DNA of 64,000 nt from an uncultured Gammaproteobacteria bacterium (GCA_963797555.1 CAWCPV010000003.1:963610-1027609); one strand, 5' to 3'; counted from the first letter of the stretch, positions 30,356 to 42,113 are shown. Notes: generated by a model from the sequence alone, not told the origin. Translations and numbers: made by a program.

Positions 30356-30433
30356 CGTGCCCCACTGACCTCCGTGTTCCACGGAGCAAAAAGTAAAGCA
30401 GAACGGGACCAGGCTTGATTTTGGTTCCACTAG

Positions 30434-31994
30434 GAGTCTGTCGGACTTAAGGTAGAAACGCGGGTGTTGCAACGCCCCAAGGGGGGAATCTTGACCATGT
30501 GGCTCAGGTATGGGTGAGAAGCTATCTTTTTTGCTTGGCAAGACCCTTCACGTGCCTTCTTTTCACCCGTTCAGGGCATGCATCCGCTTCAGATTCCACC
30601 CAAGGCATACTAAAGCCCATTCACTTCGGACTGCGTCTAAGCCGCGAAGCAGAAATTGCCTGAACCCTTGCACGTGTTTGAGGATACCGAAGACGGTTTC
30701 CACGGAAGATTTGCGCTTGGCGTAAAGTGCCTTACCTTCCTTGGTTTGCAGGCGGTGGTGCATCGCCTGTACGGGTGTGGGATTGCGAGGGGGTTTAGGG
30801 TCTTCGGCGAAGCGCGTCTGTAAGGGAACATTGTGCTTCTCGCGTTTTTCCGGGATGAGCGGCGCGATGCGAGCGTCTTTGCACCGCTGAACGTTGGCCT
30901 CGCTGAAGTAGCCGGTGTCGGCGAGGAGGGATTCGCCCTGACCCAGCGCCTCGGGCAACTGGGCAATGTTCTCTAACGCCGGCGCAATCTCCTGTTTGTC
31001 ATTGGGGTGCTGGGTGACGTGGTGCTCCACGATGAGATGCGTCTCGACATCCACCCCGGCCTGCACGTTGTAGGCCTGTTCGAACCCTCCACTGGAGGTG
31101 GGCATGATGCGTGATTCTTCATCCGTCAGATTGACTTGGTCCTTGGCCTGCGGGCCAGGTGTCGGAGGACTCGGCGCCTTGCCCCGAGCCTTCTTGCCGG
31201 TGTGTTTCTCATAGACCTCGCGCTTGGCCTGCTTCTGTTCGAACTCCGCCTGCTCGCGCTCAAAACGCGCCTGCGCCCGGGTCCGGATCTCCTCTTTCGC
31301 CTGGGCAATCGCCGCCAGTCGCTCTTCGCGACGCTTGAGCTCGGCGGGAATATCCATCTCCTCCGCCAGTGAGCTCCGGTCGGCCTGCTCGGCAAAGCGC
31401 ATCAGGGCTTGCACTTCCTCCTGAAGCTGCGCCTCGAGCCGGTTCGCGTACTCCCAACTCAGCGCCTTATGCTTGCTGGCGTTTGCTTTGACCTTGCTCC
31501 CATCCAGCGCAATCGTGCCCAGCTTCACCAGCCCCATCTCTGCCGCCACCAGCAGAATCTCGACAAACAGCCCCTCCAGCTCCTTCAGAAACCGCCTGCG
31601 GAATTGCGCGATGGTGTCATGGTCCGGGTGCGTGTTGGCACAGATATACCGAAACGCGATCGAATCATGGGTCGCCTTCTCCAGCTTGCGACTGGAAAAC
31701 ACCCCCGTGGCATAGCCGTAGAACAGCAACGCCACTAACATCGCCGGGTGGTAGGGCTTCGACCCCTTACCCCCGTACACCGCCGACAGATGCCTCAGCT
31801 CCAACTGCTCCACAATCTCCACCACAAATCGAGCCAAGTGCCCTTCCGGGAGATAGTCCTGCACGCAAGGCGGGAAAATATACGGGGTATCGCGGTCTAT
31901 CGGGATGAATTCAACAGCCATCTTGCTCCCCAGGCGGTGGCCCGCTACAGTGCGCCTATTCTACCCCCGAGTCGGCTCCAAGTCCGACAGCCTC
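30434..31994 (-). mobile_element. IS1182-family insertion sequence
   Basis: Inverted ends GAGTCTGTCGGACTT / GAGGCTGTCGGACTT, flanked on both sides by CTAG. Confidence 0.93.
30563..31921 (-). CDS. IS1182 transposase
   Basis: SSRKLE, PDHDTIAQFRR, LDGSKVKANAS, ADTGY, VETVFG. Confidence 0.93.
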   Translation of the reverse strand: MAVEFIPIDRDTPYIFPPCVQDYLPEGHLARFVVEIVEQLELRHLSAVYGGKGSKPYHPAMLVALLFYGYATGVFSSRKLEKATHDSIAFRYICANTHPDHDTIAQFRRRFLKELEGLFVEILLVAAEMGLVKLGTIALDGSKVKANASKHKALSWEYANRLEAQLQEEVQALMRFAEQADRSSLAEEMDIPAELKRREERLAAIAQAKEEIRTRAQARFEREQAEFEQKQAKREVYEKHTGKKARGKAPSPPTPGPQAKDQVNLTDEESRIMPTSSGGFEQAYNVQAGVDVETHLIVEHHVTQHPNDKQEIAPALENIAQLPEALGQGESLLADTGYFSEANVQRCKDARIAPLIPEKREKHNVPLQTRFAEDPKPPRNPTPVQAMHHRLQTKEGKALYAKRKSSVETVFGILKHVQGFRQFLLRGLDAVRSEWALVCLGWNLKRMHALNG

Positions 31995-32359
31995 CTAGCC
32001 ACGGCACATGGCAAGGCTCCCGCTCCAGAATAGCCCGGTACTCGTCGCATCGCGGCGTGGCGCGGTGCCGGATCGTCGCCCATGGAGTTGACCAGCGTTC
32101 GTCGCTGCACTCCGTGTGCCGCGGCTCGGGCCGCTTGCGCCGATTTCGTCGCGAGGTCCGGCACCAGCGATCCCCGGCGGGCGGGCCCCCGCGCGGGGGA
32201 CCACGACAGGGCGATGGCCCGCATGCGGACCCACGAGCAAAGAACAGACCAGCGAAAACGCCTCGTAGATTCTCGCCAGCCGCATCGTCGACAGGGAGGT
32301 CGTGAGGGTCGGTCCACCGTCACGGCCGCCCCGCCCCGAGCGGCAACGCGTGCCGCCGC

Positions 32360-35300
32360 CTACCGGTTTCGGGTATGCGCCGGCGAGCCCGGGTGTCCTG
32401 TGCCGAGCCGCGCCGGCCGCAAGGACCGCCCCTTCCATACCAGGAATACGGCCGGGATGACCACGAGAGTCAGCAAGGTGGCGCTCAGCATCCCTCCCAC
32501 CATGGGCGCGGCGATGCGCCGCATGACCTCCGAGCCGGTCCCGCCGCCCATCATGATCGGCAGGAGGCCCGCGATGATGGCGGATACGGTCATCATGATC
32601 GGCCGCACGCGCAGAAGGGCGCCGTCAATGACGGCTTCGCGGAGATCGTCGTAGGAGAGGGCACGCCCTTCCTCCGCCGCCAGGATATTCCGTCGGCCGA
32701 GAGCCAGGTTGAGGTACACCAGCATCACGACGCCGATCTCCACCGCCACGCCCGCCAGCGCGATGAAGCCGACCCCCACGGCCACCGACATGTGGTAGCC
32801 GAGCAGATAGAGCAGCCAGAACCCGCCCACCAGCGCCAGCGGCAGGGTCCCCATGATGATCGCGACCTCCGCGACGCTGCGGAAGTTGAGGTAGAGCAGC
32901 AGCAGGATCACGACCAGGGTGAATGGCACCACCACCATCAGGCGCTGCTCTGCCCGCAGCAGGTATTCGTACTGGCCGGACCAAGCGATGGAGTAGCCGG
33001 GCGGCAGACTCACATGCTCCGCCACCGCCTTCTGGGCGTCGCCGACGTAGGAGCCGAGGTCGCGGCCCTGGATATCCACGAACACCCACCCGTTCAGGCG
33101 GGCGTTCTCGCTCTTGATCATCGGCGGCCCGTCCACTACCCCGACCTCCGCCACCTCGCCCAGGGGGATATGCGCGCCCGCCGGGGTCACGATGGGAAGG
33201 TTGCGAAGCTTCTCCACCGAGTCCCGGACCTCGCGGGGGTAGCGGATATTCACGGGGTAGCGCTCCAGCCCCTCCACGCTCTCCGCGACGTTCATGCCTC
33301 CCACGGCGGTGCGGATCACGTCCTGAACATCCGCGATGTTGAGACCGAAGCGCGCCGAGCGCAGCCGGTCGATGTCCACCTGGATGTAGCGCCCTCCCGC
33401 CACGCGCTCGGAGTATGCGGAGGCGGTTCCCGGGACGCGCCGCACGACCTCTTCCACCTGCCTGCCGACGCGTTGGATGACCGCGAGATCGGGACCGGCA
33501 ATCTTGATTCCGACTGGGGTTTTGATGCCCGTCGCCAACATGTCGATGCGCGTCTTGATGGGCATCACCCAGGCGTTGGTGACACCCGGCAGCTTCACCA
33601 GCGCGTCAAGCTCCGCCTTGAGCTGGTCGAGCGTCATTGCGGGCCGCCACTGGTCGCGCGGCTTGAGCTGGATGACGGTCTCGATCATGCTGAGGGGAGC
33701 CGGATCCGTAGCGGTCTCGGCACGCCCGATCTTGCCGAACACCCGCTCCACTTCCGGAACCGTCGCGATGAGCCGGTCCGTTTGCTGCAGGAGCTGGCGC
33801 CCCTTGCCGATGGAGATGCCGGGAAAGGTGGTGGGCATGTACATCAGGTCTCCCTCGTCCAGGTCCGGCATGAACTCCGATCCTAGCTGCGTCGCAGGCC
33901 AGAGACCGGCAGCTACGACGGCGAGGGCGGCCAGAAGGGCCAGGCGGGGCGCTCTGAGAATCCCGTTGATCAGCGGCCGGTAGAACGCGATGAGCAGTCG
34001 GTTCACCGGGTTGTCCTGCTCGGGGCGGATACGGCCGCGTATGAAGTAGCCCATCAGCACCGGCACCAGAGTCACCGACAGGATAGCTGCGGCGGCCATC
34101 GCATAAGTCTTGGTAAAGGCCAGCGGCGCGAACAGCCGACCCTCCTGCGCCTGCAGAGTGAACACCGGAAGGAAGCTCAGGGTGATGATGAGCAGCGAGA
34201 AAAAGAGCGGCGGTCCGACCTCGGCGGCCGCCTCTCTAATCACGTCCCAACGGTTCACGGTCTCGAGGTCATGCCGCTCCAGATGCTTGTGCACGTTCTC
34301 GACCAGAACGATGGCTGCGTCCACCATCGCGCCGATGGCGATGGCGATGCCGCCCAGGGACATGATGTTGGCGTTGATGCCCTGGAGACGCATCACGACG
34401 AAGGCGGCCAGGATTCCGATCGGCAAGCTGACGATGACCACCAGCGAGGAGCGCAGATGGAACAGGAACAGGGCGCACACCAGCGAGACCACGACGAACT
34501 CTTCGACCAGCTTCTCCCTCAAGGTATCGACGGCGCGCTGGATGAGCCCGGAGCGGTCGTAGGTCGGGACGATCTCGACCCCGGCGGCAGCCCCTTGCGG
34601 AGCTGGTCCAGCTTTTGTTTGACGCCCTGGATGGCGGCGCGGGCATTCCCTCCCCAGCGCATCACGATGATGCCGCCCACGACTTCCCCTTTGCCGTCGA
34701 GCTCTGCGACGCCCCGGCGAATTTGTGGTCCGAGCCGAATCTCGGCCACGTCCTGCAGCAGAATGGGAGTCCCCTGCTCGTTCACGCCGAGCGGCACGCG
34801 GCGCAGGTCGTCGGTGCGCTTGATGTAGCCCGTGGCGCGGACCATGTACTCGGCCTCGGCCATCTCCACCACCGACCCGCCGGCCTCCTGGTTCGCCCGC
34901 TGGATCGCCTGCTTGACCTGGGCCAAGGTGAACCCGTAGGCGCGCAGCCGGTCGGGGTCCAACACCACCTGATACTGCTTCACCATGCCCCCCACAGTCG
35001 CCACCTCGGCCACGCCGGGGACTGTCTGCAGCTCGTATTTCAGGAACCAGTCCTGGATGGAGCGAAGCTGCGCCAAGTCGTGCTTGCCGGTCCGATCCAC
35101 CAGGGCGTACTCATAGATCCAGCCGACGCCGGTCGCATCCGGCCCGAGAGCCGGCCGCGTCCCCTCCGGCAGTTGCGCCGCCACCTGGGAGAGATACTCC
35201 AGCACTCGCGAGCGTGCCCAGTAGAGGTCGGTCCCGTCCTTGAAGATGACGTAGACGTACGAATCTCCGAAGAACGAGTACCCCCGCACGGTCACCGCGC

Positions 35301-35532
35301 CCGGCACAGAAAGCATGGCCGTGGTCAGGGGATAGGTCACCTGGTCTTCGACGACCTGGGGCGCCTGGCCGGGGTAAGAGGTCTTGATGATGACCTGCAC
35401 GTCCGAGAGGTCCGGGATGGCATCGACCGGGGTCTCACGCAGCGCATAGATCCCCGCCGCCGCGAGCAGCACGGTCAGCAGCAGGACCAGGAAGCGGTTC
35501 GCCGTGGACCAACGGATCAGGGCAGCGATCAT
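32360..35532 (-). CDS. cusA: CusA heavy-metal RND permease; frameshift near 34580
   Basis: [44 protein letters not shown]; two ORFs join by a one-base shift in a G/C run. Confidence 0.92.
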
Positions 35533-35541
35533 GGCGCCTCC

Positions 35542-37093
35542 TCAGCGGCCCGGGCGGCCCGAGGGCTCGATGGCGGTGATCACGTAGCGGCTCTGCGCCG
35601 TCCTCCCGAGCTGGAACCGCACGCGGCTCCCCACGTGCAGACCCTCCAGGGACACCTCGTCCGCAACATCGAAATCCATGGTCATGGCGGGCCAGCCGAG
35701 GCTCTGAATCGGGTCGTGCTCGATGTTGAGCTTGCGCTTGTCCGGAAACAGCGCCATGACCACGCCCTGGCCTTGCGCGACCGCCGTCTTCTCCACCGCC
35801 TCCGCGTGCAGGGCATGCTCTCGGGACGGCGGCGAGATGCGGGCGAAGCCGGCCTTCAGGCTGGACTCCGAGTCGATGAGGAACTGGGCCGAGACCACGA
35901 CGCGTTCGCCGGCCTTCAGCCCTTCCAGGATCTCAACGTCGTCCGCGCCTTCGACGCCGGTGACCACCTCCCTCGGTTGGAAGCGGCCGTCCCCCAGCGC
36001 CATCACGACGCGGTCGGACTGGCCTGTGCGGATCACGGCTCCCGGCGGCACCACGACCGCATCGCGGTGCTCACCGGCCTGGATGGTCACCGCGGCATAC
36101 ATGTTCGGCTTCAGAATCTCGTGCGGGTTTTCGAACCGCAGGCGGACACGCAGCGTACGGGTCTTCGGGTCGAGATCGGGATAGACATACTCCACCCTGC
36201 CCTGCCAGGTGCTGCCGGGACGGTACGGCAGGCGGATCTCGGCCGGCTGACCGACCTGCACCCAGTCGGTCTGACCCTCGAAGACCTCGGCGAACACCCA
36301 CACGGTGCCGAGGTCGGCCAGACTCATCACCTCCGTGCCCGGCGTGATGTACATGCCCTGGCGCACGTTGAGAACTGCAACCACGCCGTCCTGAGGCGCG
36401 TAAATCTGTACTCGCTGCTGCACCTTGCGGGTGCGGGATAGCTGCTGGATCTCACCCTCGGCCACACCGAGAGACCGCAGTCGCTGGGCCGATGCCTCGA
36501 TGAGCGACCGCGCGCCCGTGGAAAGTGCCTGCACGTATTCGTGCTGGGCGTTGACCAGCGCGGGCGAGTAAATCTCGAAAAGCAGGTCTCCTTTCTTCAC
36601 CCGCTCTCCCTCGGACTTCACCAGGAGCCGCTCGATCCACCCCTCGGTGCGCGGGTGGATATGGCTGATGCGCCCTTCGTCGAAGTTCACGAACCCGACG
36701 GTGTCGATGCGCTGGGAAAGGTCCTTGCGCCGCACCTCTGAGGTGCGGACTCCCAGGTTGTTCACCACCTCGGGGGAAATGGTCACGACCGGCGGGCCGC
36801 CAGGCTTCTGCTGTGGCTCCTCGCCTTCGTAGACCGGGATCAGGTCCATGCCCATGGGCGACTTGCCCGGCCTGTCGCGACGGTAGTCCGGGTCCATGGG
36901 GGCGACCCAGTAGAGAATCCTCCGCTCCTTCTTGGCGTCTTCGGCCGGGCCGACCCGGCGCCCGGGCCGTGCTCGGGAGCGGCGCGCCGGACCACGCGCG
37001 GAGCCTCTCCGTCACCTGGAGCTGGTGCTCCAGGAAAGCGCCCGCTGCCAGCGCCGAGACAACGACCGTCAGAGTCAGCACTCCCTTGTTCAT
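35542..37093 (-). CDS. cusB: CusB membrane fusion protein with a C-terminal CusF-like domain; frameshift near 36930-36975
   Basis: ILYWVAPMDP...GKSPMGMDL, QFLIDSES, C-terminal EHDPIQSLGWPAMTMDF. Confidence 0.9.
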
Positions 37094-37095
37094 GA

Positions 37096-38436
37096 CTATT
37101 TCCCTGCCAGATAGAGCAGCCGGGACTGGGTCCGGGCATGATCGACACGCACCCGCAAGTCGGCGAGGCGGGTATCCAGCTCCGTCGCCCGGGCCCGAAT
37201 CACCGTGGTGAGGTCGGCCATGTCGCTCTGGTAGGCGTTCACGGCCGCTTCGGCATTCTGCCGCGCCTGCGGGAGCAGGGTTTGCTGGAACAGGCGCCGG
37301 CGCTCGTCCAGCCGCTCCCATTGCACGAAATTCGCCTCCAGCATTCGCAGCAGCTCGCGGTAACGGTCGTCCCGCGTCAGGGTGGCTGCGTTGAGCTGCT
37401 GCTGGCTGGCCGCGAGCCGTCGATCCTGACGCTTGTCCCGAAACAGCGGAAGATCGACGGTCGCCATGGCCGACAGAAAGTCGGGTCGCTCGCCGCGGCC
37501 CGGGTCCTCACCGCCCCGGAAGCCGTAGGCCAGCTCCAAGCGCCAGCCGGGCTTGTACTGCTCCCGGGCGAGGTCGACACCGAAGCGCGCCTGCTCGATG
37601 CGCTCCTGCTGGGCCTGGAGGGACGGGTGTGTCTGCAGGCCGCTGCGCAGCATATCCTTGGGACCCGGCTTCGGAAGCGTGGGCAGCGCCGGCGGAAGCT
37701 CGCGCTGAGCCGCTTCATTCCCCACCCATTTCGCGAGCGCCGCGCGCGCAGCCTGGGTCTGCGCGTCGATGTCGAGCAGCCGGTCGTCGAGGCGGCTGAC
37801 CTCGAGCTGCGCCTGGAGGACATCCTGCTGGTTGCGCTTCCCGGACGCGTAGTAAGACTGGGTGATGAGGGCAAGCTGTGAGAACAGGCCCTTGGTCTTT
37901 TCGATGACCGCAGCCGCTCGAAGGTCATAGTAAAGGTCGAGCCACGCTTCCCGCACCGAGAGCCGCACTGCCAGGCCTGCATCGTCGGCCCCAGCCCGTT
38001 CCTGGGCGGACATCGCCTCGGTTTGGCGGCGCCGCAGGGACAGGGTCTTCCCGGGCGGAAAGGCCTGCTGCACGCCGATCGCCACCTGGGTCATGGGCTC
38101 CTGGGTGAAGCTGAAGGTGTCCACGGGGAAGTTCACGGCCCCGACCTTGAGCTGTGGGTCGGGAAGCTGTCCTTCTGCGACCGCCAGCTCCGCGGACCCA
38201 CTCGCGCGCGCCTGCAGGGCCGCCACGGCGGGGTCCCTGGCGAGCGCCAGCTCTACCGCCTCGTCCACCGTCAGCGGCGCCGCAGCGGCGCACACCGGCA
38301 ATTGCGCGCTGGACCACAGGGTCAGCAACAAGACCGCCGCTGAAAACGAAGCTCGCCGCGATAACCGGATAGGTTTGCGGACACCGACCTGCAGGGCGAT
38401 CCCGCCGGTGCGATCTGCGTGCGGAAAACTGCTCAT
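37096..38436 (-). CDS. TolC-family outer membrane efflux protein (CusC role)
   Basis: GQLPDPQLKVG, QEPMTQ, OEP-like helices; upstream of cusB. Confidence 0.88.
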   Translation of the reverse strand: MSSFPHADRTGGIALQVGVRKPIRLSRRASFSAAVLLLTLWSSAQLPVCAAAAPLTVDEAVELALARDPAVAALQARASGSAELAVAEGQLPDPQLKVGAVNFPVDTFSFTQEPMTQVAIGVQQAFPPGKTLSLRRRQTEAMSAQERAGADDAGLAVRLSVREAWLDLYYDLRAAAVIEKTKGLFSQLALITQSYYASGKRNQQDVLQAQLEVSRLDDRLLDIDAQTQAARAALAKWVGNEAAQRELPPALPTLPKPGPKDMLRSGLQTHPSLQAQQERIEQARFGVDLAREQYKPGWRLELAYGFRGGEDPGRGERPDFLSAMATVDLPLFRDKRQDRRLAASQQQLNAATLTRDDRYRELLRMLEANFVQWERLDERRRLFQQTLLPQARQNAEAAVNAYQSDMADLTTVIRARATELDTRLADLRVRVDHARTQSRLLYLAGK

Positions 38437-38542
38437 GGGTTCACCTCCCCTGGGACTGTTCTCGCATGACCGCGCCTCGGGGGCAGGCGCAAGCATGCGC
38501 CGGCTTCACACCGTCGGGCGCGGGGTCAGAACGGCGGAGCAG

Positions 38543-38947
38543 CTAGGCTCGAATCGGGGGTCGGGTTCGAGGGGAAGGGGTAAAATCCAGGAAGGTCGTC
38601 GCCGCCTCCGGGGCATGGACGGACCTCGTCGCCGCAGAGGACGCCAGCGAAGGGGGGATAGCGACGAAGTGGGCCATGCAGCCATTGCAGGGGTGCGCGA
38701 GCTTGGCACCCGCGGGAGTGGACGGGTCGTGAGACCGGCTCGAACGTTCGTGGGAAGTGAGCCCGTGGCACGGTCCGGCCATCGCCGCCGGAAATCCTCC
38801 GGCTGCATCAGCCGCGGGCGCATCGTCACGGAACGACCCGTGCGCAACGGGATCGGGACAGCAAGCGGCGTGGAGCGGAGGCGGCGCCAGAAGGACAACC
38901 ATGATGAGGTAAGCCAGAAACCGTCCTGGCTGCATGCTATCCTTCAT
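38543..38947 (-). CDS. Small Cys/His-containing exported protein upstream of the cus operon
   Basis: Signal-like N-terminus, CC, CH and CxxC motifs, C-terminal RPPI. Confidence 0.55.
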   Translation of the reverse strand: MKDSMQPGRFLAYLIMVVLLAPPPLHAACCPDPVAHGSFRDDAPAADAAGGFPAAMAGPCHGLTSHERSSRSHDPSTPAGAKLAHPCNGCMAHFVAIPPSLASSAATRSVHAPEAATTFLDFTPSPRTRPPIRA

Positions 38948-39205
38948 TGGCTCTCGGGATCTCGGGCCGCTCTGCCGCAGAGCCACAGGGTAGGCCGCTC
39001 GTGTGCCGGTCGTCAACGGGTGCCTCGGAGGCAAGCCCCGCGTCCTCGCCCGCGGCGCGCGAAGCACGCGACGGCGAACCTGCTCCCGGACACTCGCCGC
39101 ATGCCTTTCGGCGACTGTGTACGCCATAGCCTGTCATGTGGAGTCGCTGTGCCTTCGGTGCCGGGCTGCTCGTCTCCTCACGGTCCGCCGTCGCTCACCC
39201 GAATG

Positions 39206-40720
39206 CTACGGCAAGTTATATGCGTAGTACGGTCCAGCACCCCCAGGGGTGCTCATGGCCTCGATGGCGGTGAACACGTTTCTCCCGTAGAAGAACGAGA
39301 GGCCCCAGTCGAAGAAGCCCGGGTTCGGTCCGCCGAGGGTGCTGAAGGCGGTGTTGGTGGTATTGAAGAGATAATTCGTGTTTTCGATGCCGAAGTGAGT
39401 TGGGGGACCGCTCTGTCCGTTCGACCCTTCATTGACGGCAGTGAGGCTATCCGGCGAGGTCGCAGGACAGTACCACGACGAGTTCTGGCCGGGACACGTC
39501 GCTATCCCGGTTGTCTTGGTATCGAGAAAGAACAACCCGTTGGATCCGCTGTCGATGAAGCTGCCCGGGTAGCTTGTTCCGTTGAAAATCGTGGTGAAAT
39601 TCCCGGCGTTGCTCCCACTGTCGGGCACTGGGAAGACCACGGAACTGCCCAGGCCGTTATTCGATTCCGTGCCGATGCCGAAGATCAGAAAGCCGCCGAC
39701 TTGTTGCGCTCCACCATTCGGGACCGCAGGCAGTTGGACCAGGACGCCGTTGTTGTCCGCGGGGAACATTGCCACCGGGTTGGCAACTTGCTGCGCCAGT
39801 GTGACGTGGGTCGGATTGCAGCCGGATGCCGGGCAAGTGTAATAAAAGTCGGGGATGCTTGAATTCTGACTCGTGCAGCCGGGACCGCAATCCTGCTGGA
39901 AAACTCCAACCCCGAGACTTCCATTGGCGCCGAAGCCGTCCACGTTTCCGCCTTCATTCCCGTTGCTCCCGATGGTCTGGCTGGAACAACTGCCCGGGAC
40001 CGGCGGTGAACTCGACGAAGGAATCATGATTTGCACCGGTACGGACGCGGCTTTCTCGCCGGCCACGGTGATGTCTGCCGTAGCCACGGGACCCCAAACA
40101 TATCCATCCAGAAATACCAGGCACTCGTCCAGAGGATTGCCGCTGGAATCGTTTTCCTGGGGCAGTGGGATATTCAGTACCGACGAAACAATGCGCAGGC
40201 CGGACGCGCCCGTGTCCACCGAAACGTGATCGAGCGTCTGGCAGGTGGTCGTGCCCGGAACGCAGATCGTGATCGTGACGAAGGCCACGTTGGCCGAGGG
40301 GATCTGCAGGACCTGTGGACCCGCATCCACGACAAGCGGAGCAACGTTGTTCGCCGACTGGGTCGGCGTCACGGTTTCGGTTGCCGCTCCTGACTTGGTC
40401 GAGTCCTGAGTCGAGGCTGCCGTCACCGTCACGGAGTCGTTTCCGCTCACGATCGGCGCCGTCAGGAGACCCGACGATGACACCTGGCCCGCGCTTGCGC
40501 TCCAGGTCACCGTCGAGCTGAAGTTCCCCGTGCCCATGACTGTCGCTGCGCACTGGCTGGTCTGGCCCGACTGGACCGTCGAAGGCGAGCACGACACGGT
40601 GACCGAGGTGATGGTTGCCGTACTGCCTCCACCGCCGCCGCTGCTGCTGCTGCCGCCTCCGCCACAGGCTGCCAGCAGCGGAAGGCCTCCTATCGCGACC
40701 AGGATTCCCAGTTTACCCAC
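39206..40720 (-). CDS. DUF3443 family lipoprotein with an N-terminal Ig-like domain
   Basis: Lipobox LAAC and Gly/Ser linker; ICVPGTTTCQTLDH, QVANPV, FDWGLSFFYGRNVF. Confidence 0.88.
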   Translation of the reverse strand: MGKLGILVAIGGLPLLAACGGGGSSSSGGGGGSTATITSVTVSCSPSTVQSGQTSQCAATVMGTGNFSSTVTWSASAGQVSSSGLLTAPIVSGNDSVTVTAASTQDSTKSGAATETVTPTQSANNVAPLVVDAGPQVLQIPSANVAFVTITICVPGTTTCQTLDHVSVDTGASGLRIVSSVLNIPLPQENDSSGNPLDECLVFLDGYVWGPVATADITVAGEKAASVPVQIMIPSSSSPPVPGSCSSQTIGSNGNEGGNVDGFGANGSLGVGVFQQDCGPGCTSQNSSIPDFYYTCPASGCNPTHVTLAQQVANPVAMFPADNNGVLVQLPAVPNGGAQQVGGFLIFGIGTESNNGLGSSVVFPVPDSGSNAGNFTTIFNGTSYPGSFIDSGSNGLFFLDTKTTGIATCPGQNSSWYCPATSPDSLTAVNEGSNGQSGPPTHFGIENTNYLFNTTNTAFSTLGGPNPGFFDWGLSFFYGRNVFTAIEAMSTPGGAGPYYAYNLP

Positions 40721-40733
40721 GACACTTTATCCC

Positions 40734-41216
40734 TCAGCGGATATCGCTGGCCTGGACGCCCTGTGGCACTGATTGTGGAATGTACGCTTGCCCGCGGAAG
40801 CTGCGCATGTGCCCGGTCTCGTACATCACCAGGTCAGGCGTTTCGATTACGACGGGAGCGCCTCGCGGGCGCCGCTGCTGCGCCTGCGCCTTTTGGGCCT
40901 GCTGATAATACGGGCCGAGGAGCTGCCGCAAATCGGGCGGAAACTGGCCCTCCCAAGCGACGCCGAATACCGCTCCGCGCGGTGAGACAAACTCCCGCAC
41001 CACGGTTCCCGTGGGCGAAGTGATCTCGTGCATCACGTAGGTACGATTGTCCACGCTGCGCAAGGCCCCCCTCATGCGCGCCTGATCGGTCAACACGGAA
41101 GCCGCGCTGTCGCCCAGCACGGCCCAGGCAGAACAGGGCAGCGTCAGCAGGGACGCCACCACCACGGCTCGCAGACCAGCTCCAGAGGTAACCTCGAGCA
41201 CAGCAAGGAGCTTCAT
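40734..41216 (-). CDS. DUF2844 family secreted protein
   Basis: AWAVLG, GTVVREFVS..GAVFGVAWEG..PDLRQLLG.Y, GHMRSF. Confidence 0.88.
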   Translation of the reverse strand: MKLLAVLEVTSGAGLRAVVVASLLTLPCSAWAVLGDSAASVLTDQARMRGALRSVDNRTYVMHEITSPTGTVVREFVSPRGAVFGVAWEGQFPPDLRQLLGPYYQQAQKAQAQQRRPRGAPVVIETPDLVMYETGHMRSFRGQAYIPQSVPQGVQASDIR

Positions 41217-41699
41217 CTTTCCTCCGCCTCCTCTATCATGCGCCTCGCGCAACCGGCCGGGATGATGGCTCAAACGAACTCCCTCGAAGCAGTCCAATTA
41301 GCAATGCCGACTCCAGATCCCGAGTTGCATGTCCGAAAGGCCACGGATAGGACTCCAACGGCACTATCGTGAAGGGACTCTAGATCTCGCGGCGCCGCGC
41401 GGTCAAGACTCGGCTGAGGGGGACAGGTCGGCAGGGCGGGCTTGCAGGCTGCCCGAGGCAGGTGCAGTCCGGCCATCCCATGCCCTGAGCGCTGCGGGTC
41501 AGGCGGGCACTGCAAACGGCCGAGAGGCGGGGAATCGGCCACACTGCATCCGCCTTATGCCCGACTCCCCCAATCACGACCTGGACGAATCCTCGCCGGA
41601 GGCTGCCTTTCAGTGCGCCTTCCACACGCCATGCCTCCAGGCCCATGGCGCCGCCCTCTGCGTCTCCGGCAGTGTCCACAGCCCGCGGCGGGCGCGCCG

Positions 41700-41841
41700 G
41701 CGCTATCTGTGCGTGATTGCCCCGAACACCTCGGCATGCTCGGCCACTTGGAGATCGCGGTCTCACGCACGCGGCGTCCGTCGAGCCCGCCTCCGCGACG
41801 CAGCGCTTGACGAGTGCGCTCGCGCCGAAATAGACGATCAC
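41700..41841 (-). pseudogene. Degenerate VapC (PIN) toxin; left boundary approximate
   Basis: VIVYFGASALVKRCVAEAGS with the first catalytic Asp replaced by Gly, then similarity is lost; GTGA overlap with the antitoxin. Confidence 0.7.
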
Positions 41842-42113
41842 TCGCGATCTTCCACCAGCAGCCGCGCCACGCTTCCGCGCCTTCGCACCTTCGCCACGGG
41901 CACGCGCGGGTCCAGCTTGCACCCGCTCCATTGCACTTGCCCGGTCTCGCGCTGCGCCGAGAGGCGCTGGTCGAGATCCTGCCCGATCGGCACGATGCGG
42001 CCGATCGGCACGCCCCGGTCGGTGATGACCAGCGACTCCCCGTTGCGCGTAAGGCTCAGGTAGTGACTCAGTCGGCTTTTCAGCTCGCGGATGCCGACGT
42101 GTGCCTCGGTCAT
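41838..42113 (-). CDS. Phd/YefM-family antitoxin
   Basis: VGIRELKSRLSHYL...GESLVITDRGVPIGRIVP; GAGGAG RBS. Confidence 0.9.
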   Translation of the reverse strand: MTEAHVGIRELKSRLSHYLSLTRNGESLVITDRGVPIGRIVPIGQDLDQRLSAQRETGQVQWSGCKLDPRVPVAKVRRRGSVARLLVEDRE

